64,000 nt of DNA from Octopus vulgaris (Eukaryota), in NCBI GenBank assembly GCA_951406725.2, contig OX597817.1, positions 46,190,001-46,254,000 of the forward strand, written 5' to 3'. This document shows, piece after piece, positions 14,513-29,071 of this stretch (within the stretch, counting starts at the first letter, position 1; each line of letters begins with the position of its first letter). The notes below the pieces were generated by a model. It did not search any database and had not been told where the DNA came from. It saw nothing but the letters and a program-made list of their open reading frames with translations. The position numbers were made by a program, and so were the translations under genes.

Positions 14513-16185
14513 GATATACGGGACTTAAAAAACAGTATTGACATCAACCACCCACATTCTTAGGATATTTTCTCCTTAAGTCTCTCGCTGAGACTCTGTC
14601 AGAAGATAAAATAAAATGCAATTCAATCAGAAAATTGTATCAACAGCAGCAACAACAACAACAAATTATCTGATGCCTTACAAGGCACTATCTCTTTTGG
14701 CTTCCGATCTTAACTGATTGGATGAGTTTTCATGGAAATGTTTTGTGTTGGTGTAAAATGCGCTCAGTACCATAGATTCGCTTTTCCGTTGCTTGACCTT
14801 AACCATTTGAGCATTTCTTTGGTGGTTCACAATATATGCATCACTAATCTCATGCAGAAGTTGTGGGGGCGCATCATAGCTTTGTGTTGAGAGGAATTCT
14901 TTGGGGCTTGAATAATTCACCTCTCTGGAAACATGGGTGTTTCGTCTGTCATGCCTGCCAGATTTCCCATATCTCGTGGTTTTATTCTACAGGACCTCAT
15001 CAGTGGGAAGAATACGTTCACTGCATGCCAGCCAAATCTCACTGATACAATATTTAAAATATCAGCATTTTTTTCGGTCGGACAATGACGAGGTAAATAG
15101 CCAACAGGCTTACTAAAAATTGATTAACGACAGAAGCTATATTAATACCAAAAGGTTGCCTTTGTATCCATCTTAACATGGATGTCTTGTTAGAAAACCG
15201 AATTGTACGTTATTATCATTCAGAGATTCTCTTCTATAATACCAAAAGGTATTACAGGAGAATTCCAATATCACATGATTTCATTCTTCTAGAAATCATC
15301 AAGTGCCTATATGAGAGGATATCTCATATTAATATCGCTGTATTCCGTGGTCTGAAAAAACATGCATGTTACGTTGGTTACGAAAATTTCCCTTTGGTAT
15401 TAAACTATTTCCGTGGGCAATCATTAAGCTAAGTATTTAAATGTAAAATATCTTTGTAAACGAAGGCAAAGAATGGATCCTAGAGAATTGAGAATTACTG
15501 GAGTCCAACAAAATACTCAAAATAAGTCCTAGCTAAATCTGTATCAGTCTCACATTAGATTCTACTTCGATTCGTTTCATCCCTGGATTTCGTTTTTACA
15601 GCCAACACGTTAACACTTCAGTTTCAATAAACGAGGTAGAAATTTCATACTCTTCTATCTAACATTAGTTTCAATAGCCAAAAATGATATATATACATAT
15701 CACTTCATATAGGAAACTGCATAGTTAATTATACCTGCCTTTGTATAACCTGGACTTCATAAGGCAATCTAGTTTGATTCATCTAGGATTTTCTTTCTTC
15801 TGCTGAGGATTCACTTTGACTATTACATTCATTAAATCTAAACAAAGAACGCTTCATTATTGTCCGTTCTATATTTATTTACGCAGCTATTTCTTTATAA
15901 GGCAGCACTATATTCTCTATAATCTTTAAAGCTATTATGACACAGCAATGGCAAACACAATTAATTACATGTTCACACATCATGTAATAACAGGCTTTCT
16001 TTTATTCTGTGTAAATACAATCCACAAAGGACTATTTCATGATAAAACAAAAGCTAGAATGCATGTGAAGTTTCACTTTGCCTTTTCAGAATCATCTTAT
16101 TTTCTCTCTCCAGATATCGTATAATTGGTATATCCAAGAACTGAAGCTCTAAGACAAATGACGTGTCAATGGTTCGTTAAAATCA

Positions 16186-16780
16186 AGGCGATGAGCTGGC
16201 AGAAACGTTAGCACGCCGGGCGAAATGTTTAGCCGCATTTCGTCTGCCGCTACGTTCTGAGTTCAAATTCCGCCGAGGTCGACTTTGTCTTTCATCCATT
16301 CGGAGTCGATTAAATAAGTAACAGTTACGTACTGTGATCGATGTAATCGACTTAATCCGTTTGTCTGTCCTTGTTTGTCCCTTCTGTGTTTAGCCTCTTG
16401 TGAGTAGTAATGAAATAGGTATTTCGTCTGCCGTTACATTCTGAGTTCAAATTCCGTCGAGGTTGACTTTGCCTTTCATCCTTTCGGAGTCGATTACATA
16501 AGTACCAGTTACTTACTGTGATCGATGTAATCGACTTAATCCGTTTGTCTGTCCTTGTTTCTCCCCTCTGAGTGTGGCCTCTTGTGCGCAGGAAAAAATA
16601 AGAAACATTAGCACGCCGGGCGAAATGCTTAGCGACGTTCTGAGTTCAAATTTCGCACTGGTCGACTTTACCCGTCATTCTTTCGGAGTCGATAAATTAA
16701 GTACCATTTACGTACTGGAGTCGATCTAATCGGCTGCGCCCTCCCCCAAAATTTCGTGCCTTGTGCCTAGAGCAAAAAAA
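16186..16780 (+). mobile_element. SINE family B, trimer with an alternative last tail
   Basis: Head aggcgatgagctggcagaaacgttagc, two full units, then a third unit ending ccctcccccaaaatttcgtgccttgtgcctag. Confidence 0.85.
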
Positions 16781-16984
16781 TATTATCACGTCAATGAGGC
16801 AGCATGCCTTTTGCTTAGAGTATAAAAGAATAATCCATTAATATCTACGTGACTGAGAATCGGAAGATCATTAAAAGACAGTGAAAATGTTTAAACTGCT
16901 ATCCTGTTTTTTGATAAAGCTTCTGTGACAGGTACAAGTCCAAATTCAATTAAAAGTCTTTTTTTTATATTTTCCAACCCTGTT

Positions 16985-17104
16985 TTAGGTTTTAGTTATT
17001 TCAGACGTTAAATTGGGGCCATGCTAGTTCACCACCCTGAAGAGTTTTAGTCGAAGAAATCAATCCTATTAATCTATCGGTTTGTTATTGCCGAACCGCT
17101 ACGT

Positions 17105-17197
<93 letters not shown>

Positions 17198-17296
17198 AGA
17201 GAGATATACATACATAATTGTCTAATGTCACAGGCTTGAATTGAGCACTTCTATGTGGTCTATGTGGTCTGTATCTTTCGTAAGAAAAATATAACC

Positions 17297-17344
<48 letters not shown>

Positions 17345-17409
17345 TTACACACACACACACACACATATATATATACGCACACATACACACATACACACAC
17401 ACACACATC

Positions 17410-17457
<48 letters not shown>

Positions 17458-17640
17458 TATATACATGCACACATACACATATGTACGACTGGTTTCTTTC
17501 AATTTCCGAGAACCAAATCTATTCACAAGTCTTTCGTCGGCACGATGCAATAATTGAAGACATTTACTCAAGGTGCCACGCAATGTGACTGAAACTGGAA
17601 CCATGTAATAAGAAAGCAAACTTCTTACCACACACAGCTC
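16985..17640 (-). mobile_element. Degenerate SINE family A, interrupted by microsatellites
   Basis: Tail-side homology at 16985-17105 and head-side homology at 17485-17640. Confidence 0.6.
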
Positions 17641-20372
17641 CTTTTTTGCAAATATATTTATTAAACTAACCATTCAGGTATCTCACTTTCCATCTCCTGT
17701 AACTTATATGATATCGTTTTCGACTGTATTTTTTTTAGAGTATATGAAATGGCGGTTTCATCTCCTTAAACCGTAGCGTAATTTATCGCGTTTTGCATGC
17801 TCTTTGAAAAGGTGAGTTATTGCTAGGGCAAACATCGGGTTAAAGAGGAACCTTGTGAGTGACGCCAGTTTCTTCGACCAACTTCTTGCATGTCGAAGAT
17901 GTCCAGCAGAATAATAAGCACAACAGCGAACGGAATTGACAGCGTTAAGAAAAGGAGGAATTGTTAAGTTCATGTATAATATCCTTAAATGTTCCTGAAA
18001 CTTTTCTAGAGCATGATGTTTTTAACTGCTAATTATTTCAAAGTTTTCAGAATTATTTTGAATTTAAATCTGAAAGACAGAATGAGAGTTTCTCCTCTAA
18101 TTTTTCGGATAGCAGAGATCGATCTATCATGCTATCGAATTTTGATTACTGGCGTTAGACTAACAGTTCTTTGTCAAAGGTTACAAAACGAAATTGAAAA
18201 GAGTGAATGCTACACAATAAAATCACTTTAACCAGTATTCACTACACACATACACGCGCGCGCATATATATTGTACACAAGCACGAGCGCATGCGCACGT
18301 ACGCACATGTGTATTGATACGACCAATACAAGAGTACAATATGCTCTAGCGAATATATTTGTTATTATTTGCTAATTGTGAATGTTCAATTCTTTCTGCA
18401 TTTTATGAATAACTTCTTCATGAGAAACTATACAACCAAATCCATTTCTAAATAATAATTGCGACACAGAAAGACTGACTGGGTCGATTGACTATCGAAT
18501 TTTGGTAAACTTCCAAGAAGCCCTTAACCTTTGTTAACAGCTGGTCAAATAGTTATCTCCTAGACAGGCAACCGAAATCCTGTCGGGTCTTATTCATCGT
18601 TCAGAGCCAAAATATTCTAAATGCATCAAAGGGAGAAATGAACATAATGAAAAGGAAAATATCGTAAAAGTAATTAACGGTTTTATGACGCTCAAAGTAA
18701 TGAAGGGTTTAGCAAACCAAATATCGTTTCTTATAATTGATTTGTCATTGTCAAATACTAAAAGCCTTCAATGATGCATAAAATCTCTTTATTTCCAACC
18801 AATAAATCAGGTTTAGAGACAACGGAGGGAAAATACTGATCGTAAGCTAAAATTAAACAATATATCAGTTAATAACAAACTTATTTTTATTGCTAAGCGT
18901 AGAAACTTCCATTCGGTTAATTTATTGACCATTTCAGAATGGCAGATACTTGCCTTTTACTCAGCATTTGAAACTTTGCCAGGGTTCCTTTTGAATATTT
19001 TATCAAATTTATATACGTCGATTGCCATCTTGTTGGAATGTGATCTGCAGCTTCAATATTTTACGCTGAATTCACTAGTTTATTCAGATATAAATTGAGA
19101 TTTTGGCGTCTGATCCAATATTTGTATTGAGAAGAACAATTTCTGAGAATCATACATAAGCAAAAAAAAATGAATACTACTACTACTACAGCGATATAAT
19201 CAAACGTGTATATTTTAAAAAAGAAAATGAAACTATCAATGTCTCATAGGGAAACACATCTGAAAATGTATTGTACGCATTCGTTCAGTTGAATACAATC
19301 GCGTTCTTCCACACGCTGGCACGTTCACATCAACAGAAACGGCAAATCGACCTATATACAAACGCATCACAGTGTCAAAGATACACGCACAGAGAAATTC
19401 ACATTATCGTTCACATTTAACCTCCCTTCTTTGACGTATTGTAATTCTTACGCGGATTCTTGCACCTATTTCAGCGGCGGCAACCATTTCCAATCTAAAT
19501 TTGATAGCATACCTTTCAAATAAATTAGTATTTTATTTTATCTACATCTCATTTTCGAGAATATTGGTCAGCTTCACGCTTCCTCCGAAAATTAATGTTT
19601 CTTTATTGAAGAAATACCTCTGGCAAAACTGATATCACTCCATTCCCCTCTTTGTCTCTATTTTTACATTAATTGCTTCTGTAGCTATCTTTCTATTCGA
19701 TTTTCTCCGCGCGTTTATTTATAGCTTAACTTTGTTATTGTTTTATTACATTACCTCGTGCTCTGGTCAATTTCTATTTCCTATTGTAATAACATAAAAA
19801 AAGAAAGGGACGCGTGTTTGAATTCCTCTGTCAAATACAATGCGAAATACCAATGTAGCTTTGGCGCTCTGACAAGTTGATTTCTGGATAAGAAAGATAA
19901 ACGCATCTGTTTAAATATTACAGGGTGAAGAAGCTTAAAAAGTGACTTTAATCATTCCAACAAATAAATAATCGAGATCATACAAAGGTGTTACATAGAA
20001 TTTAATTCCATTCAAGCAGAAAAGTTTTATGGCTAAAAGAAAAAGAATATCAAACTTTTATTAATAACCAGCAGTTTCCGTCAAACATTTATTGAGAAAT
20101 TTATTGAGCAGCACTGACTATACTTTTACCAAATAAACCACAAATAAAATATTATCATGGACATTAGTTAACTGTGTACAAATATGTAACTGACTGTTTA
20201 AATTAATCATCACAAATGAGGTGACATAGTGTTAGTGTTCTTATCATTGGGTTGTTCCGCACCAGGTCAATTCCGATTCCTCAGGTTTGTGTTCGAAACC
20301 GTTTCATTTCTGACCACCCCAGCTTTTGTTTTCTTTAATTTTTTTCCTTTTATTTTTAAGGCATGTCTACTT

Positions 20373-20775
20373 AGGCGTATGAATGGCTGTGTGGTAAGTA
20401 GCTTGCTTACTAACCACATGGTTCCGGGTTCAGTCCCACTACGTGGCACCTTGGGCAAGTGCCTTCTACTATAGCCTCGGGCCGACCAAAGCCTTGTGAG
20501 TAGATTGGGTACACGGAAACTGAAAGAAGCTCGTCGTGTATATGTATATGTGTGTGTGTGTGTATGTTTGTGTGTCTGTGTTTGTCACCCCCCAAAATCG
20601 CTTGACAACCAATGCTGGTGTGTTTACGTCCCCGTAACTTAGCAGTTCGGCAAAAGAGACCGATAGAATAAATACTAGGCTTACAAAGAATAAGTCCTGG
20701 GGTCGATTTTCTTGACTAAAGGTGGTGCTCCAGCATGGCCAGAATCAAATGACTGAAACAAGTAAAAGAGTAAAA
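20373..20775 (+). mobile_element. SINE family A
   Basis: Full-length colinear copy. Confidence 0.9.
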
Positions 20776-21349
20776 TAATAGTAGATTTGACAGCAATTTG
20801 GTTGCTCTGTCTAGTAGGACACGCGCTCTAAAATTTACCACCTCTGTTAGCTTTTGGGAGCAATTTTGCAGAACCATTATGTTCTAAATTCAAATTTCGC
20901 CGGGCGACAGCATTGTCTTTCATCTCTCCGGCCGATGAAATAAGGCACCAGTTAACTGCAAGAGTTGATAGTATCAATTATACACGCTTCTCAAAAATCA
21001 GCGGCTTTACACCAAAAGTTGACACCGTTATTTGGCACTTCTAATACGGTAGTTTCATAGCATCGTTGGGGTAGTGTCAAAGTATCTTGGTGTATATATT
21101 CTGGCTCTTTACATTCTGAGTTCGAATACCACATGGTCAGATTTGCTTTCCATCGTTTTGAAATCGAAAGAATGAGTACCAGTCGAAGTGGGGGTTTTAT
21201 GGTAACGACTAAAACCTCAAGTCAAGTTATATTTCTGACTTTCTTCACAAACAAGAAACAAATTACCGATTCACTGCCATCATTTGGTAATAAGTTCTTT
21301 TTTAGATATTTTAGTAAAAAAGACATTGAAGAACGGTTTAATCGAATAA

Positions 21350-22020
21350 ATTGGACTCAGTTCTCTCGTACTTGTTTGCTCTCAGCTCGGTATTTATTCT
21401 ATCCTTCTCATTTGCCAAATCGCATTGTTATATGGATGTAAACACGTTGATGCCTGTCGTCAAACGGTGGTGGGAGACAAACACAAACACACACACACGC
21501 ACACATATATATACACGCACACACACATATATATACATATACACGCACACACACACATATATATATATACACGCACACACACATATATATATATATACAT
21601 ATATATAAATGTAAATATATATATATATAAATATTATATATATATATATTATATATATTATATATATAGGCGCAGGAGTGGCTGTGTGGTAAGTAGCTTG
21701 CTAACCAACCACATGGTTCCGGGTTCAGTCCCACTGCGTGGCATCGTGGGCAAGTGTCTTCTGCTATAGCCCCGGGCCGACTAATGCCTTGTGAGTGGAT
21801 TTGGTAGACATATATATATATATGTGTGTGTGCGTGTGTGTGTGTGTGTGTGTACACGGGATGCTTCTTTCAGTTTCCTACTATCAAACCTATGCAAAAG
21901 TCTTTGGTCAGCTCAGAGATATTGTAGTAGACATTTCGTCTAGATACCACGCAGTGGAAAAGAATCCCAAAGCATGTATTTGAGAAGCAAAGCCTTTAGT
22001 ACAGAGCTACGCTTGCACCT
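21350..22020. mobile_element. Degenerate minus-strand family A SINE with a plus-strand family A 5' part (21668-21809) inside its microsatellite
   Basis: Minus pieces at 21350-21490 and 21857-22020 surround a well-preserved plus-strand head. Confidence 0.7.
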
Positions 22021-22369
22021 TCAGACTCACACACCTTTAATCAAATTTAAATAGAATACACAATATAAAATGTTATATAATTTGTTAAACGGTAACACAA
22101 ACTAAAGGATGATTTGAAGAAAATATTAAAATTTTAAATTTCAAAAATATTCTTTCGTCAGATTAGAAGATAGTACCATTTTACAGGGGCTACTAGGTTC
22201 GTAGAGGTGTGGAATTAAGTTGTTCTCATACATGATTCTTGATCTAGACGCTACCTCCCAAGTGGAAGCAGCTAAACGCATTCAAACCAGGACAATAAAC
22301 GGGGCAACAGACCGAGTATACCACATACCACTCAAATAGTCTACATGTTTTTGAAGTCTGAAGTTTGGT

Positions 22370-22730
22370 GTCACAATAGGCCAGTGCTTAGGGCAGCGGA
22401 CTCGCGGTTTCGATTCCCAGACCGGGCGTTGTGTGTGTTTATTAAGCGAAAACACCTAAAAAGCTCCACGAGGCTCCGGCAGGAGTGGTGGCGACCCCTG
22501 TTGTACTCTTTCGCTCCAACGTTCTTCCTGCTTCTTGTCCCCGACTTCCTACGCAACAGCTGAGCCTGGATGCGCATACATCCATCCGTCGATACTCTCG
22601 GTGTCGGGGGTTGACCTGCTTTCTCTTCTGCGGGTCTTACGTTTCGAACTTCTACCACTACAGAGGCGTGATCTTGCGGGCTCTGGGACGAAGATCGCTT
22701 CGCTCAACAAACAATTAAACAATTAAACAA
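22370..22730 (+). mobile_element. tRNA-headed SINE family C
   Basis: Head ggccagtgcttagggcagcggactcgcggtttcgattccc, body matching 55385-55760, and a (caattaaa) tail. Confidence 0.85.
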
Positions 22731-24057
22731 GACTGACAGCAAAAGAAGCGAAAAAAAAAGAAAAAAATCGGAAACACATCTCAAGGCATCATCTCTGAGC
22801 CTCGAACGTCCTCCTTGTTCGACGTATTTATAAGTACCAGAAAAATAAAAACATAAATATCCTTAAATAACCATCTTATAGCTTGCAACGCTCATATTTA
22901 AAGTGTTTGCTGTAGCGTCAAACATGCGTACAATCTTTGAGCGTCATTTGGCAAGCTGAGGTATAAATTAGCTGCCAAATTAACAAATTCATCAATGATC
23001 GCATTCGTAATACTTGTATATTGTTAGACTTTATTCTTCAGATATTCCAACCAGAACAGAAAAAAGAGAAAGAAAGAAAAACAGAAATGGCGAAGCGAAA
23101 ACATCTTGATTCCATTCACAAAATTCTTTATATAACGGACGGTTGAATGATCGTCTATTCAATCTGTCTTTGAAAGGTTATGAAGTTTGGTACTGTTGAA
23201 TATGTATATGAGTCCCTATCCGATGCTGTGCGCAGAGTAACAAGAATTCATTTGTGAACAGGACTAGCTACATCTTTAGTTTCAGTTCAATGAGGGTTGC
23301 CAACATCTTTCTGTTTCCGTCTACCAAATCCACTCACAATGTTTTGGTGGGACCGAGGCTATAGCAGAAAACACTTGCCCAAGTTCTTATAAAAGGACGC
23401 AGAATTTAACCAAGTCAAGTGACAACGTTGATTACGAAAGAGCAACATTTTCAGGCGAAAATTGTATTTATTTAGTATTTGTATGGGTTTAAGGTAAAGT
23501 GAAGCAGATGTAACACTTTCAAAACGGCTCACACTGAAATTTGTGTAATATTCAGTAGAGTTAAACCATGGTTATTCTTGGACTTCCTTTAGTCAACTGA
23601 CTGCCACCATTCTGGAGCACCACCTTAAAGAGTTTTTGTCGAACAAATCGAACGCAAAACTTATTATATCGGTCGTTTTTGCACAACCACAAATTTACGT
23701 GGACGCAAACACATCAAGACCGATTATCAAGCAGTGATGGAGGGGAAACACACAGAATCAAGTTACAAGCAGTATTTTGGACCATCAACACCTAAAATGA
23801 GTTGCTGGACACGTAAACCCCTACTCGACCCCCTTAATACCTGGTACCATTTCCATTCGGAGTCAGACTCTTCTTATATGTTTACATATGTACATTTTTG
23901 TATTAAAAGTATTTAATATTTTTTTGCATATCGCCTTGCCTAACATGCCTGTCCTTACATTTACTCCTCTACCTGCTCAAGTTCAAATCTCTTGAGCACT
24001 ACGAAGAGTATTCTATACAGAGAATACCTGTCTTTAATCTATAAAGTATATATATAT

Positions 24058-24222
24058 GTACAACGAGCTTCTTTCAGTTACCGTCCACCAAATCCACTCA
24101 CAATGTTTTGGTGGGACTCAGGCTATAGTAGAAAACACTTGCGCAAGATGCTGCGCAGCGGAACTGAAGCCGGAAGCATGTGGTCGGCAAGCAAGCTTCT
24201 TCCCACACAGCGACGCCTACGC
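24058..24222 (-). mobile_element. SINE family A 5' half (other fragments at 23308-23385 and 23590-23755)
   Basis: Homology to family A head and body. Confidence 0.7.
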
Positions 24223-25236
24223 ATGTGTTAGTCAAACTGCAGGCTTTTTTCTTAGAGATTCGCTTCCATCCCGAATGAAAAGGAAATTAGTTAAAGTTGA
24301 TTTTTCTGTTATAGTTCAAATGATTTTTAATTTTGTTAATGCTTTACGAGAGCGCTAGTGTACAAGAATATAACCCCTGTATCTCGAATCAAGCGTAACC
24401 GTATATGGAGAACACAATCAAAGGCAAGCGGAGATTGTTGATCCATTGACAAAATACATTTCCCTGGCTATGCTCATAAAGCGGAAGGAGAATGGAATTG
24501 AAAACGATCCCAGAGATTCATCGTTAGCTGAAGACGCCATTCCATGTTGCAATCTATATAAAAGATGCTTCTTGTCATTTCTAAAAAGTTTATCTTGCTT
24601 TTGTCTGTTCATTCAAACAAGAAACCGATGAATGAAAAGGTTGGAATGTGCTATGTAGTCACTGTTATTTATGTCTATCATGGTGATTTTGGGAATATGG
24701 TATCGTTTTCTATCTGAATTTGGAGATTGCTATAGCGTAACGTTGCCGGATATGGGTAGCGATGACGAGCGCTCCGTAGGAAACTTCTCTTCGAGAAATG
24801 TAATAATTTGATGGAAAGGTTATTAATGTTACAGCAAAATCTAGAAAAACTACCCACTTGATAAGATAGGAATCTCTCGGCCTTAAAATAATGAATTCGA
24901 AATATCAACGGAATATGTACAATGTTAAATCTACAACACATTGCTAACAGTTAATCTCCAGCATCTACAACTCGTCCTTTGCCTTATCCTGTTTGAATGA
25001 CATGTAACTTATTAATTTCTGCAAAGAAATTTTGCCCACGTCACACATCCTGCAACTATAAATTGATTGACACCCCCAAATTCATACCGCCAGCAATATA
25101 TTTAGATAAGAGGGAGATATTTTGAATAAGCACATTAGTAAATATATTCTAAAGTCAAAGCCTTTATACCTCTCTTTGACACTTGAACGTACACCAGAAG
25201 TTCTCTGTATATATATATATGTGTGTGAGCTCGCGT

Positions 25237-25286
<50 letters not shown>

Positions 25287-26595
25287 GTATATAAGAAATG
25301 ATTAAGATTCAGTTGAATTATGTACTTAAGCTGAAGCAGCAAGTCAGTCCGGTATTAACTGCACAGCTCGTGCACTTATTAAATTTCCCTGAATTGGCAT
25401 CTTAAGTTTCTTAGTATCTTGCCCCTTTAACTGGAAATTACTATCATGATTTAAAGTTTACCGCTACCCTGTCTCTCCTTTATAAACAGTTACTTCAATC
25501 AAATTGATTTTTTCTAATGTCTTATTTCCTTTCTTTTAGGGAAAAGGGGTACCTATGATAATATTTATGAACATACCCAGCCATGAGTTGTCAAATCACT
25601 CTTGTTCTTTATTCAAAATAGACGCAGTCTTCTAGTCTCAAATTTAATAGATGATAAAGTGATAAATAAATTAGAAATGAATTACAGCCCTTACAACCCT
25701 ATGACCCCTCTATGCTCCATACGATTCTAAGAAATTGTAGTCTATTCGTAGCCCCTTTGTAACAATAGCGAGAATATGAATTTTCTCCATCTTTTTACTT
25801 TAAGAAAAATTGTATTAATGCGTCCTACTAATTAAAAAGTTCTATATTTGCTGTAACTGAAGATAATACAGCATTTAAATTGATGTAATGATTGCATTGT
25901 TTAATTAAATGGAGCCGCTTGAAACGGTCGTACTGTATTACGACTTGATATCCTGTTTGTTATTTTCATTATATATATTAAGTACATGTTCATGTTTATG
26001 TATGCCTGATTAAATTATATTTCCAGCGTTAACTAAAAGTATATCAACAAACAAACACAAATCTGAAAAATATAGCGGACGGTAGTCTGCCTGTAATAAT
26101 CAGATTTTGATATTCAAATTTAAACATATAAAAACATATATATTAAATTAAAAAATGGAAACAAATTTCAGAATAGCAATTAAATCCGCATTCCAACACG
26201 CATAGAGAGGTGGGGGCAGACACAATTGTGTGCAATAAGTTCAAATGTCTTCATATTTTCATATACCCCATTTCTGACATCACCACAAAATCTACAAATC
26301 CATAAGCGGCATATTCATTAGAGGCAGTCGACAAGAGACCCCAAAGAAGAGGGTGTAAATATAAAAAAATGTCATGTAAAGTTAGGACAGGCATAGTTAA
26401 GAAGAAAATGGTAATGACTAGTAATATTTATCGATACCGAGAAAGTGAAAGACAAGGTTGATACCGGTGGGTCTGTAACTCATTTTACAGTCAAGAGGTA
26501 CACCTATAATGATAAACTACTGCTATAATACTCCCTTCTAAACACATCTAATACGTATGTACCTATTGGTATGTTTGTGTGGAAATATATACGTG

Positions 26596-26645
<50 letters not shown>

Positions 26646-26800
26646 TGGCAGGGCGGGCCTGCTAGGTAGCCGGCCAGAATGCTAGAAGAAGATCATCAAC
26701 GATCAAACTATAAGGGAAATTCTCTAGAGGAAGAATTCAGCGAACACCAGAACCAAATTTGGCGGGCAGGACATATGAAAAATTAAATAAAAACAGACTT

Positions 26801-26878
26801 AAATGCATACCTCGGTTTCGGTCTTAACAAAAGAATTACTTGCATAATTCAAGTGTCCGTGACTTCATCAGTACATTC
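26801..26878 (-). ncRNA. Type I hammerhead ribozyme motif
   Basis: Reverse complement of 27115-27192. Confidence 0.8.
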
Positions 26879-27114
26879 GGTCCTCGAGATGCAAACCGCA
26901 AGACTAACCCCAGCTCTCTGTGTCAAGACAGACACATGCTTAGTCTTACTGATTACATCGGGAATAAAATTTCAAATGTCTTGGCTCTGGCGCGCTAAGA
27001 GACTCCTGAAGCGAAGGGCTGCAGTGAATAATTCACTGCGGGTAATGCTTACAACTAGGGTAATGCTTACAACAGAGAGCTGGGGTTAGTCTTGCGGTTT
27101 GCATCTCGAGGACC

Positions 27115-27192
27115 GAATGTACTGATGAAGTCACGGACACTTGAATTATGCAAGTAATTCTTTTGTTAAGACCGAAACCGAGGTATGCATTT
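27115..27192 (+). ncRNA. Type I hammerhead ribozyme motif
   Basis: gaatgta-CTGATGA-agtc-[37 nt]-gacc-GAAA-ccgagGT-A-tgcattt. Stem I is 7 bp with G-U pairs; predicted cleavage after GUA (27185). Confidence 0.82.
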
Positions 27193-27659
27193 AAGTCTGT
27201 TTTTTATTTAATTTTTCATATGTCCTGCCCGCCAAATTTGGTTCTGGTGTTCGCTGAATTCTTCCTCTAGAGAATTTCCCTTGTAGTTTGATCGTTGATG
27301 ATCTTCTTCTAGCATTCTGGCCGGCTACCTAGCAGGCCAGCCCCGCCAATATACACATATATTTGAATTTTCTCTGACTCCTCAGATTTTTTGAATGCTG
27401 GACTACTGGTTTTAAATTGATATTAAAATTAATATTAATTTATCTCCCTCAATTTTTAATATTTAAATAAATACGTTCCCTAGTTGTAAGCATTACCCGC
27501 AGTGAATTATTCACTGCAGCCCTTCGCTTCAGGAGTCTCTTAGCGCGCCAGAGCCAAGACATTTGAAATTTTATTCCCGATATAATCAGTAAGACTAAGC
27601 ACGTGTCTGTCTTGACACAGAGAGCTGGGGTTAGTCTTGCAGTTTGCATCTCGAGGACC

Positions 27660-27738
27660 GAATGTACTGATGAAGTCACGGACACTTGAATTATGCAAGT
27701 AAATTTTTTTTTTAAGACCGAAACCGAGGTATGCATTT
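27660..27738 (+). ncRNA. Type I hammerhead ribozyme motif
   Basis: Second tandem copy with identical core; predicted cleavage after 27731. Confidence 0.8.
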
Positions 27739-27998
27739 AAGTCTGTTTTTTATTTAATGTTTCATATGTCCTGCCCGCCAAATTTGGTTCTGGTGTTCGC
27801 TGAATTCTTCCTCTAGAGAATTTCCCTTGTAGTTTGATCGTTGATGATCTTCTTCTAGCATTCTGGCCGGCTACCTAGCAGGCCAGCACTGCCAATATAC
27901 ACATATATTTGAATTTTCTCTGACTCCTCAGATTTTTTGAATGCTGGACTACTGGTTTTAAATTGATATTAAAATTAATATTAATTTATCTCCCTCAA

Positions 27999-28134
<136 letters not shown>

Positions 28135-28278
28135 TTTCTTCATGTATATGCAGTTTCGTTCTTAGTTAACTAAAATAACTTTATGATATATTGATTTTAT
28201 AAATTACAGTATTACTCCTCTTGAAACTTTCTGATACCTCTGTTTATATTTTACATGATATGAATAATATAATGCATC

Positions 28279-28335
<57 letters not shown>

Positions 28336-28532
28336 TGACGATGATAGTAATAATATTAATAATAATAATAATAGTAATTGATGTTTTATATGCATATACA
28401 TACAAATATGCATGTACATTTAAGTGTAGGTATACACTTAAACGTATATTTATGTATGTGTATGTATATATGTATGTATACGTATGGATATTTATATTTA
28501 TATTTATAACTTAACCTTATGTAGTTTCTAAA

Positions 28533-28662
28533 AATATCTCTGACGAAGCCTAGAGTAACACCCACGTACCTCAATTTCATCTACTAATAACTTCAGTCCA
28601 CTGGAGTGATAAAGGTAGAATGAGGTATTTTTGCCTTTTGGCTGAAACAGCAGTAAGATATT
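28533..28662 (+). ncRNA. Type I hammerhead motif with ~95-nt rod-like stem II
   Basis: aatatct-CTGACGA-agcc...ggct-GAAA-cagcaGT-A-agatatt. Stem I is a perfect 7 bp; internal helices tacctca/tgaggta, tctac/gtaga and cttcag/ctggag. Confidence 0.75.
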
Positions 28663-28950
28663 ATCCCAATTTCTATTTCTGTATGTTAGCATTTTAATAA
28701 TTAATGATATCATTATATATTATATATGTAAAGCATATGCTATACATGTATGTATGTTGTTATTATTGTTATAATTATCCTTTTGTAAATTAATAAATAA
28801 ATTGACATAACATTATATAATGTCTAAAAGTTGATGAATACCACCTATTGATCCCCTCCATTTTCTTATTGCTCTCTCTTTCTCTCTCTCTCTCTCTCAA
28901 TATGTATATATTTATATATATATATATATATACGTATATATGTATATATA

Positions 28951-28999
<49 letters not shown>

Positions 29000-29020
29000 G
29001 TATATATATATGTATATATA

Positions 29021-29071
<51 letters not shown>

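Noticed and set aside
26853-27736. Repeated 78-95 aa ORFs in the HHR element
   Set aside because: They are antisense to the ribozyme strand, recur only because the DNA is repeated, and show no protein motif.
28567-28627. tgaggta/tacctca as a let-7 gene or target
   Set aside because: Only the 7-mer matches; the rest of let-7 is absent and the pair is explained as an HHR stem II helix.
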